In this document: piece by piece, positions 1-18,000 of the stretch | Layout: every line of letters starts with the position of its first letter | How positions within the stretch are numbered: the stretch's first letter is position 1 | Made by a program: the position numbers and the translations under genes | The notes under the pieces: generated by a model | What the model saw: only the letters and a program-made list of their open reading frames with translations | Told to the model about the DNA's origin: nothing | The model's database searches: none | Source: Lingula anatina | Taxonomy: Eukaryota > Animalia > Brachiopoda | Direction: 5' to 3' | DNA: 64,000 bases | Assembly (NCBI GenBank): GCA_051362555.1 | Contig: CM120647.1 | Location: 2,914,001-2,978,000 of the forward strand

Positions 1-3000
1 ACATAAGAATACAAAGTGATCATAATATGTACAGACACAAACAGTAACAACATAAACACATACAATGATCCCAATATGTACAGACACAAACAGTAACAAC
101 ATAAACACATACAGTGATCACAATATATAGAGACATAAACATAAACAACATAAACAAACACAGTGATTATAATATGTACAGACACAAAAGGTAATAACAT
201 AAACAAAAACAGTGACACAAAAAGTAATAACATAAACAAACACAGTGATTATAATATGTACAGACACAAAGGGTAATAACATAAACACAAACAGTGACAC
301 AAACAGTAATAACATAAACACATTCAGTGTTCCCAATATGTACAGACACAAACAGTAACAACATAATCAAATACAGTGATCATGATATGTACAGACACAA
401 ACAGTAACAACATAAACAAATACAGTGATCACAATATGTACAGACACAAACAGTAACAACATAAACAAACACAGTGATCATAATATGTATAGACACAAAC
501 AGTAATAACATAAACAAACAGAGTTATCACAATATGTACAGACACACACAGTTACAACATAAACACATTCAGTGTTCCCAATATGTACAGACACAAAGAG
601 TAACAACATAAGAATACAAAGTGATCATAATATGTACAGACACAAACAGTAACAACATAAACACATACAATAATCCCAATATGTACAGACACAAACAGTA
701 ACAACATAAACATACACAGTGAACGCAATCTGTACAGACACAAACAGTAACAACATAGACACACACAGTGATAACAGTATGTACAGACACAAACATTAAC
801 AACATAATCAAATACAGTGATCATGATATGTACAGACACAAACAGTAACAACATAAACAAATACAGTGATCACAATATGTACAGACACAAACAGTAACAA
901 CATAAACAAATACAGTGATCACAATATGTACAGACACAAACAGTAACAACATAAACAAATACAGTGATCAAGATATGTACAGACACAAACAGTAACAACA
1001 TAAACAAATACAGTGATCACAATATGTACAGACACGAACAGTCACAACATAATCATACACAGTGATCATAATATGAACAGACACAAACAGTACCAACATG
1101 AACAAATACAGTGATCACAATATGTACAAACACAAACATTAACAACACAAACAAACACAGTGATCATAATATGTGCAGGCATTAGCATACACAGTGATCA
1201 CAATATGTACAGACACAAACATTAACAACATAAACAAATACAGTGATCACAATATGTACAAAGAGAACAGTAACAACATAAACACATACAGTGATCACAA
1301 TATGTACAGACACAAACATTAACAACATAAACACATACAGTGAATACAATATGTACAGACACAGACAGTAATAACATAATCACCTACAGTGATAATGATA
1401 TGTACAGACACAAACAGTAACAACATAAACACATACAGTGATCATAATATGTACAGACACAAACAGTAATAACATGAACTCATATAGTAATAATGATATG
1501 CACAGACATTAGCATACACAGTGATCACAATATGTTCAGACACAAACATTTACAACATAAACACATACAGTGATCACAATATGTACAGACACAAAAAAAA
1601 CATAAACACGTACAGTGATAACGATATTTACAGACACAAACAGTAATAATATAAACACATACAGTGATCATAATATGTACAGACACAAATAGTTATAACA
1701 TAAACTCATACAGTAATAACAATATGTACAGACACAAAGAGTAAGAACATATACAAAAACAGTTATCAAAATATGTACAGACACAAACAGTAACAACATA
1801 AGCATACACAGTGATCAAATACAGTGATCACAATATGTACAGACACAAAAATAACATAATCACGTACAGTGATAACGATATTTACAGACACAAACAGTAA
1901 TAATATAAACACATACAGTGATCATAATATGTACAGACACAAATAGTTATAACATAAACTCATACAGTAATAACAATATGTACAGACACAAAGAGTAAGA
2001 ACATATACAAAAACAGTTATCAAAATATGTACAGACCCAAACAGTAATAACATAAGAATACATAGTGATCATAATATGTACAGACACAAACAGTAACAAC
2101 ATAAGAATGCAAAGTGATCATAATATGTACAGACACAAACATTTACAACATAAACACATACAGTGATCACAATATGTACAGACACAAACAGTAACAACCT
2201 AAGCATACACAGTGATCACGATATGTATAGACACAAAGAGTAGCAACATAAAAATAGAAAGTGATCATAATATGTACAGATAAAAACAGTAACAACATCA
2301 ACTTGTACAGTGATCATAATATGTACAGACACAAACAGTTACAACATAAACAAATACAGTGATCACAATATGTACAGACATAAAAAAAACATAAACACAT
2401 ACAGTGATAACGATATTTACAGACACAAACAGTAATAATATAAACACATACAGTGATCATAATATGTACAGACACAAATAGTTATAACATAAACTCATAC
2501 AGTAATAACAATATGTACAGACACAAAGAGTAAGAACATATACAAAAACAGTGATCACAATATGTACAGACACAAACAGTTACAACATAAACACATACAG
2601 TGATCACAATATGTAGAGACACAAACAGTAACAACATAAGAATGCAAAGTGATCATAATATGTACAGACACAAACATTTACAACATAAACACATACAGTG
2701 ATCACAATATGTACAGACACATACAGTAACAACCTAAGCATACACAGTGATCACGATATGTATAGACACAAAGAGTAGCATCATAAAAATACAAAGTGAT
2801 CATAATATGGACAGACAAAAACAGTCACAACATCAACACATACAGTGATCATAATATGTACAGACACAAACAGTTACAACATAAACAAATACAGTGATCA
2901 CAATATGTACAGACACAAAGAGAAAGAACATATACAAAAACAGTGATCACAATATGTACAGACAGAAACAGTTACAACATAAACACATACAGTGATCACA

Positions 3001-6000
3001 ATATGTAGAGACACAAACAGTAACAACATAAGAATGCAAAGTGATCATAATATGTACAGACACAAACATTTACAACATAAACACATACAGTGATCACAAT
3101 ATGTACAGACACAAACAGTAACAACCTAAGCATACACAGTGATCACGATATGTATAGACACAAAGAGTAGCAACATAAAAATACAAAGTGATCATAATAT
3201 GGACAGACAAAAACAGTCACAACATCAACACATACAGTGATCATAATATGTACAGACACAAACAGTTACAACATAAACAAATACAGTGATCACAATATGT
3301 ACAGACACAAAGAGAAAGAACATATACAAAAACAGTGATCACAATATGTACAGACAGAAACAGTTACAACATAAACACATACAGTGATCACAATATGTAG
3401 AGACACAAACAGTAACAACATAAGAATGCAAAGTGATCATAATATGTACAGACACAAACATTAACAACACAAACAAACACAGTGATCATAATATGTACAG
3501 ACATTAGCATACACAGTGATCACAATATGTACAGACACAAACATTAACAACATAAACAAATACAGTGATCACAATATGTACAAAGAGAACAGTAACAACA
3601 TAAACACATACAGTGATCACAATATGTACAGACAAACATTAACAACATAAACACATACAGTGAATACAATATGTACAGACACAGACAGTAATAACATAAA
3701 CACCTACAGTGATAATGATATGTACAGACACAAACAGTAACAACATAAACACATACAGTGATCATAATATGTATAGACACAAATAGTTATAACATAAACT
3801 CATACAGTAATAACAATATGTACAGACACAAAGAGTAAGAACATATACAAAAACAGTTATCAAAATATGTACAGACACAAACAGTTACAACATAAGCATA
3901 CACAGTGATCACAATATGTACAGACACAAACAGTAACAACATAAACAAATACAGTGATCACAATATGTACAGACACAAAAAAAACATAAACACGTACAGT
4001 GATAACGATATTTACAGACACAAACAGTAATAATACAAACACATACAGTGATCATAATATGTACAGACACAAATAGTTATAACATAAACTCATACAGTAA
4101 TAACAATAAGTACAGACACAAAGAGTAAGAACATATACAAAAACAGTTATCAAAATATGTACAGACCCAAACAGTAATAACATAAGAATACATAGTGATC
4201 ATAATATGTACAGACACAAACAGTAACAACATAAACACAAACAGTGATCACATTATGCACAGACACAAACAGTAACTACATAAACAAATATCCAGTGATC
4301 ACGATATGTATTGATACAAAGAGTAGCAACATAAAAATAGAAAGTGATCATAATATGTACAGATAAAAACAGTAACAACATCAACTTGTACAGTGATCAT
4401 AATATGTACAGACACAAACAGTTACAACATAAACAAATACAGTGATCACAATATGTACAGACAAAAAAAAACATAAACACATACAGTGATAACGATATTT
4501 ACAGACACAAACAGTAATAATATAAACACATACAGTGATCATAATATGTACAGACACAAATAGTTATAACATAAACTCATACAGTAATAACAATATGTAC
4601 AGACACAAAGAGTAAGAACATATACAAAAACAGTGATCACAATATGTACAGACACAAACAGTTACAACATAAACACATACAGTGATCACAATATGTAGAG
4701 ACACAAACAGTAACAACATAAGAATGCAAAGTGATCATAATATGTACAGACACAAACATTTACAACATAAACACATACAGTGATCACAATATGTACAGAC
4801 ACAAACAGTAACAACCTAAGCATACACAGTGATCACGATATGTATAGACACAAAGAGTAGCAACATAAAAATACAAAGTGATCATAATATGGACAGACAA
4901 AAACAGTCACAACATCAACACATACAGTGATCATAATATGTACAGACACAAACAGTTACAACATAAACAAATACATTGATCACAATATGTACAGACACAA
5001 AGAGAAAGAACATATACAAAAACAGTGATCACAATATGTACAGACAGAAACAGTTACAACATAAACACATACAGTGATCACAATATGTAGAGACACAAAC
5101 AGTAACAACATAAGAATGCAAAGTGATCATAATATGTACAGACACAAACATTAACAACACAAACAAACACAGTGATCATAATATGTACAGACATTAGCAT
5201 ACACAGTGATCACAATATGTACAGACACAAACATTAACAACATAAACAAATACAGTGATCACAATATGTACAAAGAGAACAGTAACAACATAAACACATA
5301 CAGTGATCACAATATGTACAGACACAAACATTAACAACATAAACACATACAGTGAATACAATATGTACAGACACAGACAGTAATAACATAAACACCTACA
5401 GTGATCATGATATGTACAGACACAAACAGTAACAACATAAACACATACAGTGATCATAATATGTATAGACACAAATAGTTATAACATAAACTCATACAGT
5501 AATAACAATATGTACAGACACAAAGAGTAAGAACATATACAAAAACAGTTATCAAAATATGTACAGACACAAACAGTTACAACATAAGCATACACAGTGA
5601 TCACAATATGTACTGACACAAACAGTAACAACATAAACAAATACAGTGATCACAATATGTACAGACACAAAAAAAACATAAACACGTACAGTGATAACGA
5701 TATTTACAGACACAAACAGTAATAATATAAACACATACAGTGATCATAATATGTACAGACACAAATAGTTATAACATAAACTCATACAGTAATAACAATA
5801 TGTACAGACACAAAGAGTAAGAACATATACAAAAACAGTTATCAAAATATGTACAGACACAAACAGTAACAACATAAGCATACACAGTGATCACAATATG
5901 TACAGACACAAACAGTAACAACATAAACATACAAAGTGATCATGATAAATACAAGTATGCACATTATTAACACAAACAGGTAAACCTGCACAGTGATTGC

Positions 6001-9000
6001 AAGATGTACAGACACAGACAGTAACAACATAAACACGTACAGTGATCATAATATGTACAGACACAAACAGTAACAAAATAAACATGTACAGTGATCAAAA
6101 TATATAACGACACAAACAGTAACAACATAAGTTGCAAAGTGACCATGATATGAACAGACACAAACAGTTACAACATAAGAATATAAAGTGATCACGATAT
6201 GTACAGACACAAACAGTAACAACATAAACACAAACAGTGATCACAATACGTACAGACACAAAAAATAATAACGTAAACAAATACAGTGATCACAATATGT
6301 ACAGACACAAACATTAACAACATAAACAAACACAGTGATCATAATATGTACAGACACAAACAGTAATAACATAAACACATACAGTAATCACGATATGTAC
6401 AGACACAAAGATTAGCAACATAAGCACATACAGTGATCATAATATGTACAGAAATGAACATTAACAACATAAACACATACAGTGATCACGATATGTAAAG
6501 ACAATAACATTTACAACATAAACATACACAGTGATTGCAATATGTACAGACACAAACAGTAATAACATAAGAATACATAGTGATCATAATATGTACAGAC
6601 ACAAACAGTAACAACATAAACACAAACAGTGATCACATTATGCACAGACACAAACAGTAACTACATAAACAAATATCCAGTGATCACGATATGTATTGAT
6701 ACAAAGAGTAGCAACATAAAAATAGAAAGTGATCATAATATGTACAGATAAAAACAGTAACAACATCAACTTGTACAGTGATCATAATATGTACAGACAC
6801 AAACAGTTACAACATAAACAAATACAGTGATCACAATATGTACAGACACAAAGAGAAAGAACATATACAAAAACAGTGATCACAATATGTACAGACACAA
6901 ACAGTTACAACATAAACACATACAGTGATCACAATATGTAGAGACACAAACAGTAACAACATAAGAATGCAAAGTGATCATAATATGTACAGACACAAAC
7001 ATTTACAACATAAACACATACAGTGATCACAATATGTACAGACACAAACAGTAACAACCTAAGCATACACAGTGATCACGATATGTATAGACACAAAGAG
7101 TAGCAACATAAAAATACAAAGTGATCATAATATGGACAGACAAAAACAGTCACAACATCAACACATACAGTGATCATGATATGTATAGAAACAAACAGTA
7201 GCAACATAAGCACATACAGTGATCACAAAATGTACAGACACAAACAGTAACAACATAAACATACACAGTGATCGCAATATGAACAGACACAAACAATAAT
7301 AACATAAACACATACAGTAATCACGATATGTATAGACACAAAGATTAGCAACATAAGCACATACAGTGATTATAATATGTACAGAAACGAACATTAACAA
7401 CATAAACACATACAGTGATCACGATATGTTAAGACACGAACAGTTACAACATAAACATACACAGTGATTGCAATATGTACAGACACAAACAGTAACAACA
7501 TAAACACATACAGTGAACAGAATATGTACAGACACAAAAAATAACAATATAAACAAATACAGTGATCACAATATGTACAGACACAAACATTAACAACATA
7601 AACAAACACAGTGATCATAATATGTACAGACACAAACAGTAATAATAGAAACACATACAGTGATTACGATATATACAGACACAAACAGTAACAACACAAA
7701 AACATACAGTGGACAAAATATGTACAGACACAAAAAATAACAACATAAACAAATACAGTTATCATAATATGTACACAAACAGTAACAACATCAGCATGTA
7801 CAGACACAAACAGTAACAACATAAATATTCACATTGATCATAATATGTACAAACAGTTACAACATAAGAAAACACAGTGATCATAATATGTACAGACACA
7901 AACACTAACAAGATAAGCACATACATTGATCACAATATATACAGAAAGAAACATGAACAACATAAAGAAACGCAGTGATCATAATATGTACAGACACAAA
8001 CAGTAATAACATAAACACATACAGTGATCATAATATGTATAGACACAAACAGTAATAACATAAACACATACAGTAATAATGATATGTACAGAAAGAAAGA
8101 GTAGCAACATAAGCACATACAGTGATTTTAATATGTACAGACAAACAGTAACAACGTTAACACATACGGTAATCACAATATGTACAGACACAAACAGTAA
8201 CAACATAATCATACACAATGATCACAATATGTACAAAGACAGACAGTAACAACATAAACACATACAGTGATCACAATATGTACAGACACAAACAGTAACA
8301 ACATAAACAGATACAGTGATCATGATATGTACAGACACAACAGTAACAACATACACATATACAGTGATCACAATATGTACAAACACAAACAGTAACAACA
8401 TAAACACTCACAGTGATCATTATATATACAAACACGAACATTAACAACATAAACAAACACAGTGATCATAATATGTACAGACACAAACACTAACAACATG
8501 AACACATACAGTAATCACAAAATGTACAAACACAAACATTAACAACATAAACAAACACAGTGATCATAATATGTACAGTCACTAACAGTAATAACATAAA
8601 CATGTACAGTAAACAAGATATGTACAGACAAAAACAGTAACAACATAAACACACATAGTGATTATAAAATGTACAGACGCAAACAGTAACAACATAAACA
8701 CATACAGTGATTACGATATTTACAGACAAAAACAGTAGCAACACAAACAAACACAGTGATCATAATATGTACAGACACAAACAGTAATAACATAAACATG
8801 TACAGTAATCACAATATGTACAGACACAAATATTAACAACATAAACAAACACAGTGATCATAATATGTACAGACACAAACAGTAATAACATAAACATGTA
8901 TAGTAATCACAATATGTACAGACACAAATATTAACAACATAAACAAACACAGTGATCACAGTATGTACAGACACAAACAGTAACAACACAATAACATATA

Positions 9001-12000
9001 GTGAACACAATATATACAGACAAAAAAAATAATAACATAAACAAATACAGTGATTACAATATCAACAGACACAAACAGTAAGAACATAAGTATACACAGT
9101 GATCACAATATGTACAGACACAAACAGTAATAATAAGCATACACAGTGATCACAATATGTACAAACACAAACAGTAACAACATAAGCATACACAGTGATC
9201 ACATTATGTACAGACACAAACAGTTACAACATAAGCATATACAGTGATCATAAAATGTACAGACACAAACAGTATTATCATAAACAGATAAAGTGATCAC
9301 AATATGTAGAGACACAAACAGTAACAACATAAACACATACAGTGATCACAATATGTACAGATACAAACAGTAACAACATAATCATACACAGTGATCATAA
9401 TATGTACAGACACAAACAGTAACAACATAAACAAATACAGTGATCACAATATGTAGAGACACAAACAGTAACAACATAATCATACACACTGATCACAATA
9501 TGTACAGATACAAACAGTGACAACATAAACACATACAGTGATCACAATATGTAGAGACACAAACAGTAACAACATAATCATACACAGTGATCACAATATG
9601 TACAGACACGAACAGTAACAACATAAATAAACACAGTGATCATAATATGTACAAACACAGTTACAACATAAACACATTCAGTGTTCCCAATATGTACAGA
9701 CACAAACAGTAACAACATAATCAAATACAGTGATCATGATATGTACAGACACAAACAGTAACAACATAAACAAATACAGTGATCACAATATGTACAGACA
9801 CAATCAGTAACAACATAAACAAACACAGTGATCATAATATGTATAGACACAAACAGTAATAACATAAACAAACACAGTTATCATAATATGTACAGACACA
9901 AACAGTACCAACATGAACACATACAGTAATCACAAAATGTACAAACACAAACATTAACAACATAAACAAACACAGTGATTATAAAATGTACAGACACAAA
10001 CATTAACAACATAAACACTCACAGTGATAATAATATGTACAAACAGTTACAACATAAGCAAACACAATGATCATAATATGTACAGACACAAACAGTAACA
10101 AAATAAACACATACAGTGATCACAATATATAGAGACATAAACATAAACAACATAAACAAACACAGTGATTATAATATGTACAGACACAAAAGGTAATAAC
10201 ATAAACAAAAACAGTGACACAAACAGTAATAACATAAACAAACACAGTGATTATAATATGTACAGACACAAAGGGTAATAACATAAACACAAACAGTGAC
10301 ACAAACAGTAATTACATAAACACAAACAGTGAGAACAATATATACAGAACAAACATTAACAACATAAATAAACACAGTGATCATAATATGTACAGACACA
10401 CAGTTACAACATAAACACATTCAGTGTTCCAAATATGTACAGACACAAACAGTAACAACATAATCAAATACAGTGATCATGATATGTACACACACAAACA
10501 GTAACAACATAAACAAACACAGTGATCATAATATGTACAGACACTAACAGTAATAACATAAACACGTACAGTAATCAAGATATGTACAGACAATAACAGT
10601 AACAACATAAACACACATAGTGATTATAAAATGTACAGACACAAACAGTAACAACATAAACACATACAGTGATTACGATATGTACAGACAAAAACAGTAG
10701 CAACATAAACAAACACAGTGATCATAATATGTACAGACACAAACAGTACCAACATGAACACATACAGTGATCACAATATGTACAAACACAAACATTAACA
10801 ACACAAACAAACACAGTGATCACAATATGTACAGACACAAACAGTAACAACACAATAACATACAGTGAACACAATATGTACAGACACAAAAAATATGAAC
10901 ATAAACAAATACAGTGATTACAATATCAACAGACACAAACAGTAAGAACATCAGCATACACAGTGATCACAATATGTACAGACACAAACAGTAACAACAT
11001 CAGCATACAAAGTGATCACAATATGTACAGACACAAACAGTAACAACATCAGCATACACAGTGATCACAATATGTACAGACACAAACAGTAACAACATCA
11101 GCATACACAGTGATCACAATATGTACAGACGCAAACAGTTAACAACATAAACACATACAGTGATCACAATATGTAGAGACACAAACAGTAACAACATAAT
11201 CATACACAGTGATCACAATATGTACAGACATAAACAGTAACAACATAAACAAATACAGTGATCACAATATGTAGAGACACAAACAGTAACAACATAATCA
11301 TACACAGTGATCACAATATGTACAGATACAAACAGTAACAACATAAACACATACAGTGATCACAATATGTAGAGACACAAACAGTAACAACATAATCATA
11401 CACAGTGATCACAATATGTAAAGACACAAACAGTAACAACATAAACAAATACAGTGATCACAATATGTACAAAGACAGACAGTAACAACATAAACAAATA
11501 CAGTGATCACAATATGTACAGACACAAACAGTAACAACATAAACACATACAGTGATAATGATATGTATAGATCCAAACAGTAATAACATAAACATATACA
11601 GTGATAACAATATGTACAGACACAAACATTAACAACATAAACACACATAGTGATTATAAAATGTACAGACACAAACAGTAAGAGCATAAGCATACACAGT
11701 GATCATAATATGTACAGACGCAAAAATCTAACAACTAACCACATACAGTGATCACAATATGTACAGACAAAAACAGTAACAACATAAACACACACAGTGA
11801 TTATAAAATGTACAGACACAAACAGTAACAACATAAACACTCACAGTGATCATACTATGTACAAACAGTTACAACATAAGCAAACACAATGATCATAATA
11901 TGTACAGACACAAACAGTAACAACATAAACACATACAGTGATCACAATATATAGAGACATAAACATAAACAACATAAAGAAACACAGTGATTATAATATG

Positions 12001-15000
12001 TACAGACACAAAAGGTAATAACATAAACAAAAACAGTGACACAAACAGTAATAACATAAACAAACACAAGGATTATAATATGTACAGACACAAAAGGTAA
12101 TAACATAAACACAAACAGTGAAAACAATATATACAGAACAAACATTAACAACATAAATAAACACAGTGATCATAATATGTACAGACACACACAGTTACAA
12201 CATAAACACATTCAGTGTTCCCAATATGTACAGACACAAACAGTAACAACATAAGAATACAAAGTGATCATAATATGTACAGACACAAACAGTAACAACA
12301 TAAACACATACAATGATCCCAATATGTACAGACACAAACAGTAACAACATAAACATACACAGTGAGCGGAATCTGTACAGACACAAACAGTAACAACATA
12401 GACACACACAGTGATAACAATATGTACAGACACAAACATTAACAACATAATCAAATACAGTGATCATGATATGTACAGACACGAACAGTAACAACATAAA
12501 CAAATACAGTGATCATAATATGTACAGACACTAACAGCAATAACATAAACACGTACAGTAATCAAGATATGTACAGACAAAAACAGTAACAACATAAACA
12601 CACATAGTGATTATAAAATGTACAGACACAAACAGTAACAACATAAACACATACAGTGATTACGATATGTACAGACAAAAACAGTAGCAACATAAACAAA
12701 CACAGTGATCTTGATATGTACAGACACAAACAGTACCAACATGAACACATACAGTGATCACAATATGTACAAACACAAACATTAACAACACAAACAAACA
12801 CAGTGATCACAATATGTACAGACACAAACAGTAACAACACAATAACATACAGTGAACACAATATGTACAGACACAAAAAATAAGAACATAAACAAATACA
12901 GTGATTACAATATCAACAGACACAAACAGTAAGAACATAAGTATTCACAGTGATCACAATATGTACAGACAGAAACAGTAACAACATCAGCATGCACAGT
13001 GATCACACTATGTACAGACACAAACAGTAACAACATAAGCATATACAGTGATCATAAAATGTACAGACACGAACAGTACTATCATAAACACATAAAGTGA
13101 TCACAATATGTAGAGACACAAACAGTAACAACATAAACACATACAGTGATCACAATATGTACAGACACAAACAGTAACAACATAATCATACACAGTGATC
13201 ACAATATGTAGAGACACAAACAGTAACAACATAATCATACACAGTGATCACAATATGTACAGATACAAACAGTAACAACATAAACACAAACAGTGATCAC
13301 AATATGTAGAGACACAAACAGTAACAACATAATCATACACAGTGATCACAATATGTACAGACACAAACATTAACAACATAAACACACATAGTGATTATAA
13401 AATGTACAGACACAAACAGTAAGAGCATAAGCATACACAGTGATCATAATATGTACAGATGCAAAAACTAACAACTAACCACATACAGTGATCACGATAT
13501 ATACAGAGAAAAACAGTAACAACATAAACACACACAGTGATTATAAAATGTACAGACACAAACAGTAACAACATAAACACTCACAGTGATCATAATATGT
13601 TCAAACAGTTACAACATAAGCAAACACAATGATCATAATATGTACAGACACAAACAGTAACAACATAAACACATACAGTGATCACAATATATAGAGACAT
13701 AAACATAAACAACATAAACAAACACAGTGATTATAATATGTACAGACACAAAAGGTAATAACATAAACAAAAACAGTGACACAAACAGTAATAACATAAA
13801 CAAACACAGTGATTATAATATGTACAGTCACAAAAGGTAATAACATAAACACAAACAGAGAAAACAATATATACAGAACAAACATTAACAACATAAATAA
13901 GCACAGTGATCATAATATGTACAGACACAAACAGTAACAACATAAACAAATACAGTGATCACAATATGTACAGACACACACAGTTACAACATAAACACAT
14001 TCAGTGTTCCCAATATGTACAGACACAAACAGTAACAACATAAGAATACAAAGTGATCATTATATGTACAGACACAAACAGTAACAACATAAACACATAC
14101 AATGATCCCAATATGTACAGACACAAACAGTAACAACATAAACATACACAGTGATCGCAATCTGTACAGACACAAACAGTAACAACATAGACACACACAG
14201 TGATCAAGATATGTACAGACACAAACAGTAACAACATAAACAAATACAGTGATCATGATATGTACAGACACAAACAGTAACAACATAAACAAATACAGTG
14301 ATCACAATATGTACAGACACGAACAGTAACAACATAAACACATACAGTGATCACAATATGTACAGACATGAACAGTAACAACATAAACAAATACAGTGAT
14401 CAGGATATGTACAGACACAAACAGTAACAACATAAACAAATACAGTGATCACAATATGTACAGACACGAACAGTAACAACATAAACACATACAGTGATCA
14501 CAATATGTACAGACACGAACAGTAACAACATAAACAAATACAGTGATCAAGATATGTACAGACACAGACAGTAATAACATAAACAAACACAGTTATCATA
14601 ATATGTACAGACACAAACAGTACCAACATGAACACATACAGTAATCACAAAATGTACAAACACAAACTTTAACAACATAAACAAACACAGTGATCATAAT
14701 ATGTACAGTCACTAACAGTAATAACATAAACACACATAGTGATTATAAAATGTACAGACACAAACAGTAACAACATAAACAAATACAGTGATCATGATAT
14801 GTACAGACACAAACAGTAACAACATAAACAAATACAGTGATCACAATATGTACAGACACGAACAGTAACAACATAAACACATACAGTGATCACAATATGT
14901 ACAGACACGAACAGTAACAACATAAACAAATACAGTGATCAAGATATGTACAGACACAGACAGTAATAACATAAACAAACACAGTTATCATAATATGTAC

Positions 15001-18000
15001 AGACACAAACAGTACCAACATGAACACATACAGTAATCACAAAATGTACAAACACAAACTTTAACAACATAAACAAACACAGTGATCATAATATGTACAG
15101 TCACTAACAGTAATAACATAAACACACATAGTGATTATAAAATGTACAGACACAAACAGTAACAACATAAACACATACAGTGATTACGATATGTACAGAC
15201 AAAAACAGTAGCAACATAAACAAACACAGTGATCATAATATGTACAGACACAAACAGTACCAACATGAACACATACAGTGATCACAATATGTACAAACAC
15301 AAACATTAACAACACAAACAAACACAGTGATCATAATATGTACAGGCATTAGCATACACAGTGATCACAATATGTACAGACACAAACATTAACAACATAA
15401 ACAAATACAGTGATCACAATATGTACAAAGAGAACAGTAACAACATAAACACATACAGTGATCACAATATGTACAGACACAAACATTAACAACATAAACA
15501 CATACAGTGAATACAATATGTACAGACACAGACAGTAATAACATAATCACCTACAGTGATAATGATATGTACAGACACAAACAGTAACAACATAAACACA
15601 TACAGTGATCATAATATGTACAGACACAAACAGTAATAACATGAACTCATACAGTAATAATGATATGCACAGACATTAGCATACACAGTGATCACAATAT
15701 GTTCAGACACAAACATTTACAACATAAACACATACAGTGATCACAATATGTACAGAAACAAAAAAAAAAAAATAAACACGTACAGTGATAACGATATTTA
15801 CAGACACAAACAGTAATAATATAAACACATACAGTGATCATAATATGTACAGACACAAATAGTTATAACATAAACTCATACAGTAATAACAATATGTACA
15901 GACACAAAGAGTAAGAACATATACAAAAACAGTTATCAAAATATGTACAGACACAAACAGTAACAACATAAGCATACACAGTGATCACAATATGTACAGA
16001 CACAAACAGTAACAACATAAACAAATACAGTGATCACAATATGTACAGACACAAACAGTAACAACATAAACAAATACAGTAATAACAATATGTACAGACA
16101 CAAAGAGTAAGAACATATACAAAAACAGTTATCAAAATATGTACAGACCCAAACAGTAATAACATAAGAATACATAGTGATCATAATATGTACAGACACA
16201 AACAGTACCAACATAAACACAAACAGTGATCACATTATGCACAGACAAAAACAGTAACTACATAAACAAATATCCAGTGATCACGATATGTATTGATACA
16301 AAGAGTAGCAACATAAAAATAGAAAGTGATCATAATATGTACAGATAAAAACAGTAACAACATCAACTTGTACAGTGATCATAATATGTACAGACACAAA
16401 CAGTTACAACATAAACAAATACAGTGATCACAATATGTACAGACATAAAAAAAACATAAACACATACAGTGATAACGATATTTACAGACACAAACAGTAA
16501 TAATATAAACACATACAGTGATCATAATATGTACAGACACAAATAGTTATAACATAAACTCATACAGTAATAACAATATGTACAGACACAAAGAGTAAGA
16601 ACATATACAAAAACAGTGATCACAATATGTACAGACACAAACAGTTACAACATAAACACATACAGTGATCACAATATGTAGAGACACAAACAGTAACAAC
16701 ATAAGAATGCAAATTGATCATAATATGTACAGACACAAACATTTACAACATAAAAACATACAGTGATCACAATATGTACAGACACAAACAGTAACAACCT
16801 AAGCATACACAGTGATCACGATATGTATAGACACAAAGAGTAGCAACATAAAAATACAAAGTGATCATAATATGGACAGACAAAAACAGTCACAACATCA
16901 ACACATACAGTGATCATAATATGTACAGACACAAACAGTTACAACATAAACAAATACAGTGATCACAATATGTACAGACACAAAGAGAAAGAACATATAC
17001 AAAAACAGTGATCACAATATGTACAGACAGAAACAGTTACAACATAAACACATACAGTGATCACAATATGTAGAGACACAAACAGTAACAACATAAGAAT
17101 GCAAAGTGATCATAATATGTACAGACACAAACATTTACAACATAAACACATACAGTGATCACAATATGTACAGACACAAACAGTAACAACCTAAGCATAC
17201 ACAGTGATCACGATATGTATAGACACAAAGAGTAGCAACATAAAAATACAAAGTGATCATAATATGGACAGACAAAAACAGTCACAACATCAACACATAC
17301 AGTGATCATAATATGTACAGACACAAACAGTTACAACATAAACAAATACAGTGATCACAATATGTACAGACACAAAGAGAAAGAACATATACAAAAACAG
17401 TGATCACAATATGTACAGACAGAAACAGTTACAACATAAACACATACAGTGATCACAATATGTAGAGACACAAACAGTAACAACATAAGAATGCAAAGTG
17501 ATCATAATATGTACAGACACAAACATTAACAACACAAACAAACACAGTGATCATAATATGTACAGACATTAGCATACACAGTGATCACAATATGTACAGA
17601 CACAAACATTAACAACATAAACAAATACAGTGATCACAATATGTACAAAGAGAACAGTAACAACATAAACACATACAGTGATCACAATATGTACAGACAC
17701 AAACATTAACAACATAAACACATACAGTGAATACAATATGTACAGACACAAACAGTAACAACATAAACACATACAGTGATCATAATATGTATAGACACAA
17801 ATAGTTATAACATAAACTCATACAGTAATAACAATATGTACAGACACAAAGAGTAAGAACATATACAAAAACAGTTATCAAAATATGTACAGACACAAAC
17901 AGTTACAACATAAGCATACACAGTGATCACAATATGTACAGACACAAACATTTACAACATAAACACATACAGTGATCACAATATGTACAGACACAAACAG

